Source of the DNA: a virus
Lineage: Duplodnaviria > Caudoviricetes
Length of the DNA stretch: 54,873 nt
Virus record (IMG/VR): IMGVR_UViG_3300031576_000054
Location: 1-54,873 of that record
Strand: one strand, 5' to 3'
The notes below the pieces were generated by a model. That model saw only the letters and a program-made list of their open reading frames with translations. It was not told the origin of the DNA and made no database searches. A program made the position numbers and the translations under genes. Every line of letters starts with the position of its first letter. Positions within the stretch are counted from its first letter, which is position 1. Shown piece by piece: positions 16,353 through 23,529 of this stretch.

Positions 16353-16525
16353 GTCTTCTCCTCCTCCAACGCATCGAGTGCCCGCGCCATCACACGCTCC
16401 TCACGCTCAAGCTGCGTTCGGCGAAGGTGTCATTGTGTCTATCTCCTAGTCGGCGCGGAGGCGGGCAATCTCGGCGGTAAGAGCACGAGTCAAGTCCGTG
16501 CCGAACACCGGATCGGCAGCCAACC

Positions 16526-17812
16526 TCAGAATTTGACTTCCTCGCTAATCGCCTCGGCAATCTGCGCCAGCGCCGCGTCATCGCCCTTCGCGGCCTTCGC
16601 CAGGACGTGCCACACTTGGCCCGCCTCCTCTGGCGATATTTCGGACAGGTGCCGCACCTGCCGTGCGATGATGCGGGACACCACCACCTCGCGCGTTGCG
16701 GCCGGGATCTTCACCGCGTCGCACAGTTTCTCGATGGAGTCGAGCAGCTTCGGTGCGGGTCCGCGCTTCGTCGTGGGCGTCTCCGGCTCCACGTCCGGCG
16801 GCGGGGGTGCGGCGCCCGCGTGGACCTGCATCCGGTGGACGATGGCGTCGATCTTGTCCGCGGGGATGTCCTTGCTCGATGTCAGCCCGAACTCGGCCAG
16901 GATCTTCTTCCCCAGGACCTCGTCAATGTCGAGTTCCTTCCGCACCGCGTGGAAGACGTGCCGCGGTAGCCCAGGCGTCGCAGGCGCCTTAGCGGGCGCA
17001 GACGACGAGGGTTGTGAAGCGGGCGTAGGGTCCGGCTTCATGGGCACCCCCGTCCCGCCCGGAGCGCCGGCCGACCAGGCGGCGATGAGTTTGCCCGCCT
17101 CCTCATCAATAGGTTTGCCAGCCGGGAACATCGGCCGGTGCTGTTCCTGGACCTTGATCGGCAGCGGAATCCCCGGCTTGGACGCGAGCAGAAGGAATGA
17201 GCACGTCAACTCGTAGGGCAGCGTTTTCTCGCAGATCGGAAACCAGCCGTCGATGCCGGTCATCCCCTGCTTCTGCACGATCTTCATGCGCCCATCGTCG
17301 CCCTTGGTCATCTCGATCTTCTCCTCGGCGCGGAAGCACAAGATCAGGTGTGCGCGCACTTGGAGGAGTTTCTGGACCATCGCCTTGTGCTCGGTCTTTG
17401 GCTTGATCCAGGCGGCCATTTTGCACTGTTCGCGCTTCTTCCAATCGTCCTTCGCCATGCGGTCGAGTTCGGCGTCGTGCATCTCCAACAGGCCCCCCTC
17501 CCCAGCGTGCTCGTGCGACATGGAATCGACGACCACCACCGAGTATCCGGCCTTGTCGGCCGCTTGGATCGCCTCGACGTACGCCCCCGGCGAGAAAGGC
17601 GGTCTAAGGTCGCCGTGGTCGAACCGAAACTGACCGGCGTAGTGCTTCGCGCGTCCAGCCTCGGTGTCGATCAGGGCGAACGGCTTGCCGCCCGCGATCC
17701 CGGTGGCGAGGCGCAGGGCGGAGAACGTCTTGCCGCTCCCGGTCCCTCCGCACACGCCGATGAGAAGCCCGACCGCCTCGCGTTTTGCAGGCCGAAACGA
17801 GAAGTTACTCAT
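16526..17812 (-). CDS. AAA_24/Sak4-like recombination ATPase
   Basis: Walker A GGTGSGKT, IDTE, Walker B VVVDSMSHE; adjacent to the exonuclease gene. Confidence 0.85.
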   Translation of the reverse strand: MSNFSFRPAKREAVGLLIGVCGGTGSGKTFSALRLATGIAGGKPFALIDTEAGRAKHYAGQFRFDHGDLRPPFSPGAYVEAIQAADKAGYSVVVVDSMSHEHAGEGGLLEMHDAELDRMAKDDWKKREQCKMAAWIKPKTEHKAMVQKLLQVRAHLILCFRAEEKIEMTKGDDGRMKIVQKQGMTGIDGWFPICEKTLPYELTCSFLLLASKPGIPLPIKVQEQHRPMFPAGKPIDEEAGKLIAAWSAGAPGGTGVPMKPDPTPASQPSSSAPAKAPATPGLPRHVFHAVRKELDIDEVLGKKILAEFGLTSSKDIPADKIDAIVHRMQVHAGAAPPPPDVEPETPTTKRGPAPKLLDSIEKLCDAVKIPAATREVVVSRIIARQVRHLSEISPEEAGQVWHVLAKAAKGDDAALAQIAEAISEEVKF

Positions 17813-18722
17813 CGGCAACTGCCTCCGACTTCGCCTTCAGGACCGCTCTCCCCGCTTCCGCCGCCTGCCGCTCGCCGGCCTCGCGTTCCTCGAAACCGCC
17901 CAGCAACCAGGGCGGCGGACTCGCCCAATGGATGCGCGGATCGTACCCCGGCCACTCGCCCGACGCGAGGCAGCGCGCCCACACGCGCGTTGCGAACCGA
18001 CACCTCCGATGCGCCAGTTCGGCGTACTCGGGATCAAGCGCAACCAACGCCGTGGAGAAGGGCGGCTCGATCTCGACCAGGAGGAACGTGAACACGCCGT
18101 GATCCGAGGAGAGAATGCCGAGTTTGCGCAGCCCCTCGAGGTAGTGCGCCGATTGGATGTCGTACCCGCCCGCCGATAGGCTCGTGCGAATCCACGACTC
18201 CGGGTCAACCGATTCCATCGTCTTGATGTCGATCACCTGGTCAGCCGTTGGGATCAGCACGTCGGGGCGTCCGCGTTTCCAGGTCTCCCCGTCGCGCCAG
18301 ACGACGGTGCTTTCCATCCCCATCGCGTGCCTCCCGGCGATTTCGTCCAGCCGCTTGCGCCCGGCCGCGGCGGCGCACTCGATAACCGCGCGCTGGCGAG
18401 CAAGCAGGGGCGTTTTCCCCTCCGCGCGAGCGGCGTCGCGGAATGCCTGCGCGTCCTTCTTCCGCCAGTCCTCGAATTGGGCCGGGGCATAGATGATCTC
18501 CGCGCCCCCCATGATCGCGGCGTGTACTGCGGTCCCGATCTCCGCGCGCGCCGAGTCCTCGCGCTTCCAGCCCGGGTTGAGGCGCGGGTGTTCGACCCAA
18601 GCGTGCGCCGGGGAGCGCGTGACGAGCGTGTGCATGAGCCCCGCCGACAGGCTCGGAGACTCGCACGGGTCGGCTACATAGTCCCAGAGAGGTATTCCGG
18701 CGTGCAGCCCTTCGCGGATCAT
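17805..18722 (-). CDS. RecE/Exonuclease VIII-like PD-(D/E)XK exonuclease
   Basis: LS.S-like, SPAH, GTAVH, RGRPD, IDIKT, YDIQ.AHY, C...GEWPGY. Confidence 0.85.
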   Translation of the reverse strand: MIREGLHAGIPLWDYVADPCESPSLSAGLMHTLVTRSPAHAWVEHPRLNPGWKREDSARAEIGTAVHAAIMGGAEIIYAPAQFEDWRKKDAQAFRDAARAEGKTPLLARQRAVIECAAAAGRKRLDEIAGRHAMGMESTVVWRDGETWKRGRPDVLIPTADQVIDIKTMESVDPESWIRTSLSAGGYDIQSAHYLEGLRKLGILSSDHGVFTFLLVEIEPPFSTALVALDPEYAELAHRRCRFATRVWARCLASGEWPGYDPRIHWASPPPWLLGGFEEREAGERQAAEAGRAVLKAKSEAVADE

Positions 18723-18731
18723 ATCGTCCTC

Positions 18732-19052
18732 CTAGTCCCAGCCCTGTTCCCGTCGTTTGTCGTCCGCGTCTTCGCGCGCCGCGTCGGCCCTGTCCTTCCT
18801 TGCCTCGGCAAGCTGCACCAACAGGTCGTCCTCGTCGATCAGTCCCTCCCACACCGCGTCCGGCACCAGCCTGCCGTTCTCGTCGCGCACTTCGTGGATC
18901 TTGATCTCCGGCGGATTGCCGGGATCGCCGAACGCGGGGTGGTCATGGTCCTGGCACGGAGGCGGCTTGCGGCCGGGCGTCCAGTCGCCGGACACCGCGC
19001 AGTCCTGCTCGACGTTATAGACTTCGAGCGTGAGGACGACGGAGAACTTCAT
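18732..19052 (-). CDS. Hypothetical acidic protein (106 aa)
   Basis: GGAGGTG SD. Confidence 0.65.
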   Translation of the reverse strand: MKFSVVLTLEVYNVEQDCAVSGDWTPGRKPPPCQDHDHPAFGDPGNPPEIKIHEVRDENGRLVPDAVWEGLIDEDDLLVQLAEARKDRADAAREDADDKRREQGWD

Positions 19053-19216
19053 GGCTTCACCTCCAGCTTGTCCTTCGCGCACTTCTGGCAGGGCCCGACG
19101 CGCAACTTCCACCACGGTTCATTGGCGCGCTCTGCATGGACGGGTTCGCCACACTCGGCACAGACGATGATGAGCACGATCTCGACCTCGTTCCGGACGC
19201 GCATAATCTCGCTCAT
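19049..19216 (-). CDS. Small zinc-ribbon protein (55 aa; CAEC...CQKC)
   Basis: Hand translation; ATGA coupling to the next gene. Confidence 0.6.
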   Translation of the reverse strand: MSEIMRVRNEVEIVLIIVCAECGEPVHAERANEPWWKLRVGPCQKCAKDKLEVKP

Positions 19217-19269
19217 AGAGTAGCCGCCAAGGGCATAGAAGGAGCAAGGTGCATGGCTCCTCCTGGGGG

Positions 19270-19307
19270 AAAAGTGGGCCGCGCGCAGGCTCTTTGACGC
19301 GCGGCCC
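19270..19307 (-). terminator. Terminator/attenuator-like hairpin
   Basis: GGGCCGCGCG/CGCGCGGCCC stem followed by ACTTTT on the - strand. Confidence 0.5.
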
Positions 19308-19346
19308 GGAGAATCGGCCGGACGACAAGCCCGGACGACTTGCTGA

Positions 19347-19493
19347 TTACTTCTTCGGCCTGTTCCAGCGTGGACTCTTGCACTTTCCGCAGCAGAGCGG
19401 CGGTCTCCCGTCCCGTGTCCTGGTTGCGTGTCCGCACCGGCGACAGACGTAGACCCGAACCGACCGTTTCAGCGACGCGATTTCGTTCTTCAT
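19347..19493 (-). CDS. Leaderless small zinc-ribbon protein (48 aa)
   Basis: MKNEIASLKRSVRVYVCRRCGH...PPLCCGKCKSPRWNRPKK; ATG 6 nt after the -10 box. Confidence 0.7.
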   Translation of the reverse strand: MKNEIASLKRSVRVYVCRRCGHATRTRDGRPPLCCGKCKSPRWNRPKK

Positions 19494-19499
19494 GCCGGA

Positions 19500-19527
19500 A
19501 GTATACCATTGGTATTACCATTGTCAA
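19500..19527 (-). promoter_or_regulatory. Strong sigma70 promoter with overlapping TACCA/TGGTA palindromes
   Basis: TTGACA-N16-TATACT with TGn extension; TGGTA-T-TACCA in the spacer. Confidence 0.85.
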
Positions 19528-19540
19528 GCACAATAAGCCG

Positions 19541-19577
19541 AAAAAGAAGCGACTCCCGAATCGCTCCGGGAGCCGCT
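19541..19577 (-). terminator. Intrinsic terminator ending the late operon
   Basis: AGCGGCTCCCG/CGGGAGTCGCT stem followed by TCTTTTT. Confidence 0.8.
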
Positions 19578-19599
19578 CGCGGTGCTTGGTGGTGTCAGT

Positions 19600-19833
19600 T
19601 CACTTCTTCTCGATCCGGCGGGTTGGCGTGTCGTTGCGGACGTAGACGTAGACCCAGAGTCCGGGTACCGTGTTGCTCTGCTTCATCCGCTGGTAGAGCG
19701 CGTTGCCCTTGGCGGGATCGTGCGGGTCGGCGGCGGTCACCAGGTCGGCTGGCGGATGTTCGAACGGGAGCGTCAGGACTTCGCCGTCCCGGCGCCCGCC
19801 GACGAGTTCGACCTGGATCTTGGCCTGGTCCAT
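19600..19833 (-). CDS. Hypothetical protein (77 aa)
   Basis: GGGGG SD; VGG.RDG motif. Confidence 0.65.
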   Translation of the reverse strand: MDQAKIQVELVGGRRDGEVLTLPFEHPPADLVTAADPHDPAKGNALYQRMKQSNTVPGLWVYVYVRNDTPTRRIEKK

Positions 19834-19841
19834 CTTTCCCC

Positions 19842-20396
19842 CTACCGCGGCGGGACGGGGCTACCGCCGCCGTTGCCGTTCTCGATGCGCTCCACGGGAA
19901 TCTTCAAACCAAACGCTTTCCGGCCGAGGGCCTTGAGCGTCCCAACGCCGGCGGCCCCGATCCCGGAGGCATAGACGAGGTACATGAACCAGTCCATCGG
20001 CGTCGCCTTCCCATCGGCGATCAGCTTTTCCAGGCGTGCACGTTCCTCTTCGGATTTCCTCTCGAGCCGGTCACCTAGGGCGTCGATCTTGCGATCGACC
20101 AGTTCGCCCACGGCGGCCTTCGCCTCACCGGCGACGAGCGCCCCGAGCCCGTCCAGCCTGCCTTCGGTCTTACCCATGCTGACCTCGATCTTGCCGGCGG
20201 TTGCGAGAACAATCTCGCCGGCGACCTTCCCGGCCTCGGCCGCGATCTTGGGACGGAGGTCGTCCCACTTCGCATCGAGGCGCTTCTCAAACTCCTCGAA
20301 AGCTCCCGCCGCTGCTTCGCGGCCCCCCCTCTGAAAAGTCGAGGTGCAACCCGTCACCAGGAAGAGAAGAGCGAGGATGCCCGCGAGATTCTTCAT
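19842..20396 (-). CDS. Lipoprotein with C-terminal hydrophobic segment (spanin candidate)
   Basis: MKNLAGILALLFLVTG-C lipobox; helical body; WFMYLVYASGIGAAGVGTL segment. Confidence 0.7.
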   Translation of the reverse strand: MKNLAGILALLFLVTGCTSTFQRGGREAAAGAFEEFEKRLDAKWDDLRPKIAAEAGKVAGEIVLATAGKIEVSMGKTEGRLDGLGALVAGEAKAAVGELVDRKIDALGDRLERKSEEERARLEKLIADGKATPMDWFMYLVYASGIGAAGVGTLKALGRKAFGLKIPVERIENGNGGGSPVPPR

Positions 20397-20504
20397 AGCC
20401 AACATATCCCCCAAGGATCGTGCCCAGGATCGGGAGTTTGACCTCCGCACGTGCACCGATTGACGTAAAATCACGATTGTGAACACACCCAGAACAAATA
20501 AATA

Positions 20505-21128
20505 TCAAGGCAAATGCCGCCAAGTGCGATGTCGCACAATTTTGTAAACAGCATTCTTGCTGACCTGAAATTGATTTGCGATTGAACATATACTTTGCCC
20601 TCTTGCCTGCCTCATTCTGATTTCCAGAACGTCGTCCTCGCAAAATCGTGCGTTGAAGCGGTCTTGGCCATGCTGAAATCTCATTCTCACGACCGCGTCC
20701 TGCACATTGTCTTTCCTGGTGCCCACGTAGAGGTGGCTCGGATTGACACACCTCCGATTGTCACAGCAGTGGAGAACCCATAGCCCCTGCGGAATTGTCC
20801 CGCGCCACATTATCCAGGCCAACCGATGTGCCGATTGCTCGATACGACCGCCGCAAACCGTACCATAACCGTTGCTCCCCACACGCCCAGTCCATTCCCA
20901 GCAGCCTCTAGGAGAGGCAACCGTACCAGCGATCAGGGTGAGCCGTGGATCTTTGAGATGGGAGCATCCGCACGAACGTGTATTTCCATTTCTTAGATCT
21001 CGAACACGCACTGGCACTACGGTACCACATGCGCATCTACACATTGCGCCCGCACAGAGCTTCCTGCCATTGGGCAAATGCAATCCAACGCGCACAACTG
21101 TCAACCTGCCGTGGACGTTGCCGACCAT
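20505..21128 (-). CDS. HNH homing endonuclease
   Basis: GRLTVV..CRCACG..SCGC N-domain; CWEWTG, AHRLAW, VLHCCDNRRCVNPSHL, C-terminal HTH; more AT-rich than its flanks. Confidence 0.9.
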   Translation of the reverse strand: MVGNVHGRLTVVRVGLHLPNGRKLCAGAMCRCACGTVVPVRVRDLRNGNTRSCGCSHLKDPRLTLIAGTVASPRGCWEWTGRVGSNGYGTVCGGRIEQSAHRLAWIMWRGTIPQGLWVLHCCDNRRCVNPSHLYVGTRKDNVQDAVVRMRFQHGQDRFNARFCEDDVLEIRMRQARGQSICSIANQFQVSKNAVYKIVRHRTWRHLP

Positions 21129-21159
21129 GGATTTCCTCCAATCTAAGTGCCCAGTCCAG

Positions 21160-21363
21160 TTACTCGACGAAGAAAAACAGTATGACTGCCACGAGCGCCA
21201 GCGCGAGCAGCAGCAACGCCACGAGTTGCAGCGGCGTTCCTCGAGCGGATCGGCAAATCGGGCAGGGCTTGGGCTCGCATCGGCAGAGGCCCGCCGAGCT
21301 GACCCAGCGCGGACACGTCGGATGATGGGCCTTGCCCGTTCCCCGGCAGAGATTGCAATTCAT
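21160..21363 (-). CDS. Zinc-finger protein with C-terminal TM helix (67 aa)
   Basis: MNCNLCRGTGKAHHPTCPRWV...CRC..PCPICR followed by LVALLLLALALVAVILFFF. Confidence 0.7.
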   Translation of the reverse strand: MNCNLCRGTGKAHHPTCPRWVSSAGLCRCEPKPCPICRSARGTPLQLVALLLLALALVAVILFFFVE

Positions 21364-21536
21364 GGCAACTTCCTCGCCAGCCACCATGCGGCACCGACCA
21401 CGGCCAGCCACGGCCGACCAGTCGCCCGACAGAGCGGGCAGGGGGGTAGCCCGCAAGTGCATGTCCGCCCTCCCACCCACGACGGGCAGGACGAATGGTG
21501 CTGGCGTCCGGTGCCAGCGCATCGTGAACACCTCAC
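21360..21536 (-). CDS. Paralogous zinc-finger protein with hydrophobic tail (58 aa; not in ORF track)
   Basis: Hand translation MRCSRCAGTGRQHHSSCPSWVGGRTCTCGLPPCPLCRATGRPWLAVVGAAWWLARKLP; GTGA and ATGA coupling. Confidence 0.75.
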   Translation of the reverse strand: MRCSRCAGTGRQHHSSCPSWVGGRTCTCGLPPCPLCRATGRPWLAVVGAAWWLARKLP

Positions 21537-21994
21537 GGCATTCTCGCTGCGCGGAACGGAGCCGAAAGGTACGGGTCGTCGCTATAGGCGCCCGCGCCCC
21601 ATCCCGTGATGACCGCGCCGCCCGGCCGTCGCACCCACTCCTCGATCGGGGCCTGAAATTTCGCCCAGGGATTCGGTCCTGGCGGCTGGACCGGCGGTGG
21701 AGGAGGGATGGGCGGTCCGCCAGCCGTCGGCAACGTCTCGCCCATGACGCCGATCCGCGGTGTCGCGAGCGTAGGCCCGCCCAAGGTGACGAAGTCCGGG
21801 CCAAGACCGCTGGCGGAGCCTGGACCGACCGATGCGCCCAAGCGGCTCATATTGACCAAGTCGAGTCCGGTCGGCCCAAACCTGCCAAACGCAGGCGGGA
21901 CGACAGGGCCACCACCAGCACCAGGCGGAGGCATCAGGGAGAGTCTGCGCGACAAGTCGTGCACGGTCGCACCCATCCCAGGCGGCCAAGCCAT
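21533..21994 (-). CDS. Pro/Gly-rich hypothetical protein
   Basis: AGGAG SD; coupled to the downstream gene. Confidence 0.6.
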   Translation of the reverse strand: MAWPPGMGATVHDLSRRLSLMPPPGAGGGPVVPPAFGRFGPTGLDLVNMSRLGASVGPGSASGLGPDFVTLGGPTLATPRIGVMGETLPTAGGPPIPPPPPVQPPGPNPWAKFQAPIEEWVRRPGGAVITGWGAGAYSDDPYLSAPFRAARMP

Positions 21995-22025
21995 GGTTCG
22001 ATCTCCTAGCTGCAACCCGGACAAC

Positions 22026-22343
22026 TCACGGGAACACCGCTCTCTTGATGAAGTACACGACGGCCGAGATCAACAGAAGGATCAGCGTCCCGGCGATCGC
22101 TCGGTGCTCGCTCCGGTGCCGGTCCATCCCGGCCTGGTGCTGCGTCACGAGGGTCTCGACCGCCGTCAGTCGTCGGTCGAACGCCATCGCCTCCGTGAGT
22201 TTCACGATGGCCTGGGCAATCCCGGAAAGCGCGATGGCCGTCGTCTCTCCGGACTTCGCCATCGCGCCGACGCCAGCCGAGATCGCGCCGAGCGCGTCGA
22301 CGATGATCTTGTCGCGGAGCGTTCCATCATCACTAGGTGGCAT
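22026..22343 (-). CDS. Coiled-coil protein with C-terminal TM (holin-like candidate)
   Basis: RRLTAVET coil; IAGTLILLLISAVVYFI TM; located after the tail genes. Confidence 0.55.
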   Translation of the reverse strand: MPPSDDGTLRDKIIVDALGAISAGVGAMAKSGETTAIALSGIAQAIVKLTEAMAFDRRLTAVETLVTQHQAGMDRHRSEHRAIAGTLILLLISAVVYFIKRAVFP

Positions 22344-22388
22344 TGAACCGACCCTTCTTCCTGTCAAGTGTCGCAATCGCCGTGTCTT

Positions 22389-23126
22389 CTAGCCGGTAAA
22401 GCTGTTCCCCGCGCCGCCATTGAACAGGTCGCTGATCTCCTGTGCGGACAAGACCTTCTTCCACACACCTAATTCATCAATATCGTGATTTGGGACAGTA
22501 TGTCCCGCTCCTATATCCCCCACTTGGAAATCAAATGGTCCGGCAAAAACTCCTGACGCATAAGCTAAAGTTCCACCGAGAACCCCATCGACATATATTT
22601 TGATTGTGTCCCCTACGCTATCATGTATTGCGATGATGAGATTGTAGGTTCCCACAGAAAGATTCTGCGAACTTATAACGGAAAACGAATCTACACCATT
22701 GGGAGACACGGCGAATCCTGCTTTATCGGGATGCCCAGTACCAGCCATAGCAAGGGCGTACGCTTTTTGTACAGAGTCTTCCCATGAACCGCAATGACCA
22801 TAATGGTCTAGCGTGGCCACCCGCCTTTTCACCCAATACGCTATCGAGAAGTCGATGTTCCCCATCGTGAGATCGGCTGTGATTGCTCTGGACAGGTGTT
22901 TTAGTCCGGTCGTCTCGCACATCAACGCATTGCCGCGTTTCCCGGCGACGTTTCCAGGTGCGTTGACCGGAGACAAGTGGTTGGTCCCCTTCTGATCGAC
23001 GCGAGTGCCGCTAGCCTCCTCAAGTTTCCAGTAGGCTACGAGCCCTGTCGTGAGGGTACCGGCCGTGTCGAGAATCCAGCCAACCCCAGCCGCCCGCCTC
23101 CGTCTGTCGCGCCCTCTACGTCTCAT
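22389..23126 (-). CDS. LamG/concanavalin-A-like domain virion protein
   Basis: GLVAYWKLEE.SGT, FSIAYWVK, IYVDG, IDELGVW.KVLSAQEI..L.N.G.G. Confidence 0.85.
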   Translation of the reverse strand: MRRRGRDRRRRAAGVGWILDTAGTLTTGLVAYWKLEEASGTRVDQKGTNHLSPVNAPGNVAGKRGNALMCETTGLKHLSRAITADLTMGNIDFSIAYWVKRRVATLDHYGHCGSWEDSVQKAYALAMAGTGHPDKAGFAVSPNGVDSFSVISSQNLSVGTYNLIIAIHDSVGDTIKIYVDGVLGGTLAYASGVFAGPFDFQVGDIGAGHTVPNHDIDELGVWKKVLSAQEISDLFNGGAGNSFTG

Positions 23127-23304
23127 TCCGGTCTCCTCGAGCGTGGGTCGTTCCGAACCTCGGTTCCAAACCTACCGCACCAGTTCGCGCGATTACAAGT
23201 CGCTCGGCACCCGCTACTCCCGGCAGCGCACCCGCCGTTTCTGTCGCACTCGGAGCGGTTCCAGTTGTAACGATGGTGAAATCTGCTTCGACTTTGTTCG
23301 CCAT
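23116..23304 (-). CDS. Small tail-region protein (62 aa)
   Basis: GAGGA SD. Confidence 0.6.
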   Translation of the reverse strand: MANKVEADFTIVTTGTAPSATETAGALPGVAGAERLVIARTGAVGLEPRFGTTHARGDRNET

Positions 23305-23325
23305 AAATTCCTCCCACGTTCCAAT

Positions 23326-23529
23326 CTATGGAGGTACTTTCACGAGTTTGTCAAACGCGGACGCAACCGCGTTGTTGACCACGGTCTGTTCGCCCGGGTT
23401 GAGCGCAGACGAGCATTCCAGCCAGATCGACGCACCGCTGATTTTGACAGCCGTGACCTTTGGGCTCGCCGCCTTCACAGCAAGTTCGATGGCGTTCTTG
23501 TCGAAACCCCACCGGTAGATCGTCGGCAT
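23326..23529 (-). CDS. Small tail-region protein (67 aa)
   Basis: Abuts the tailspike stop codon; SD present. Confidence 0.6.
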   Translation of the reverse strand: MPTIYRWGFDKNAIELAVKAASPKVTAVKISGASIWLECSSALNPGEQTVVNNAVASAFDKLVKVPP

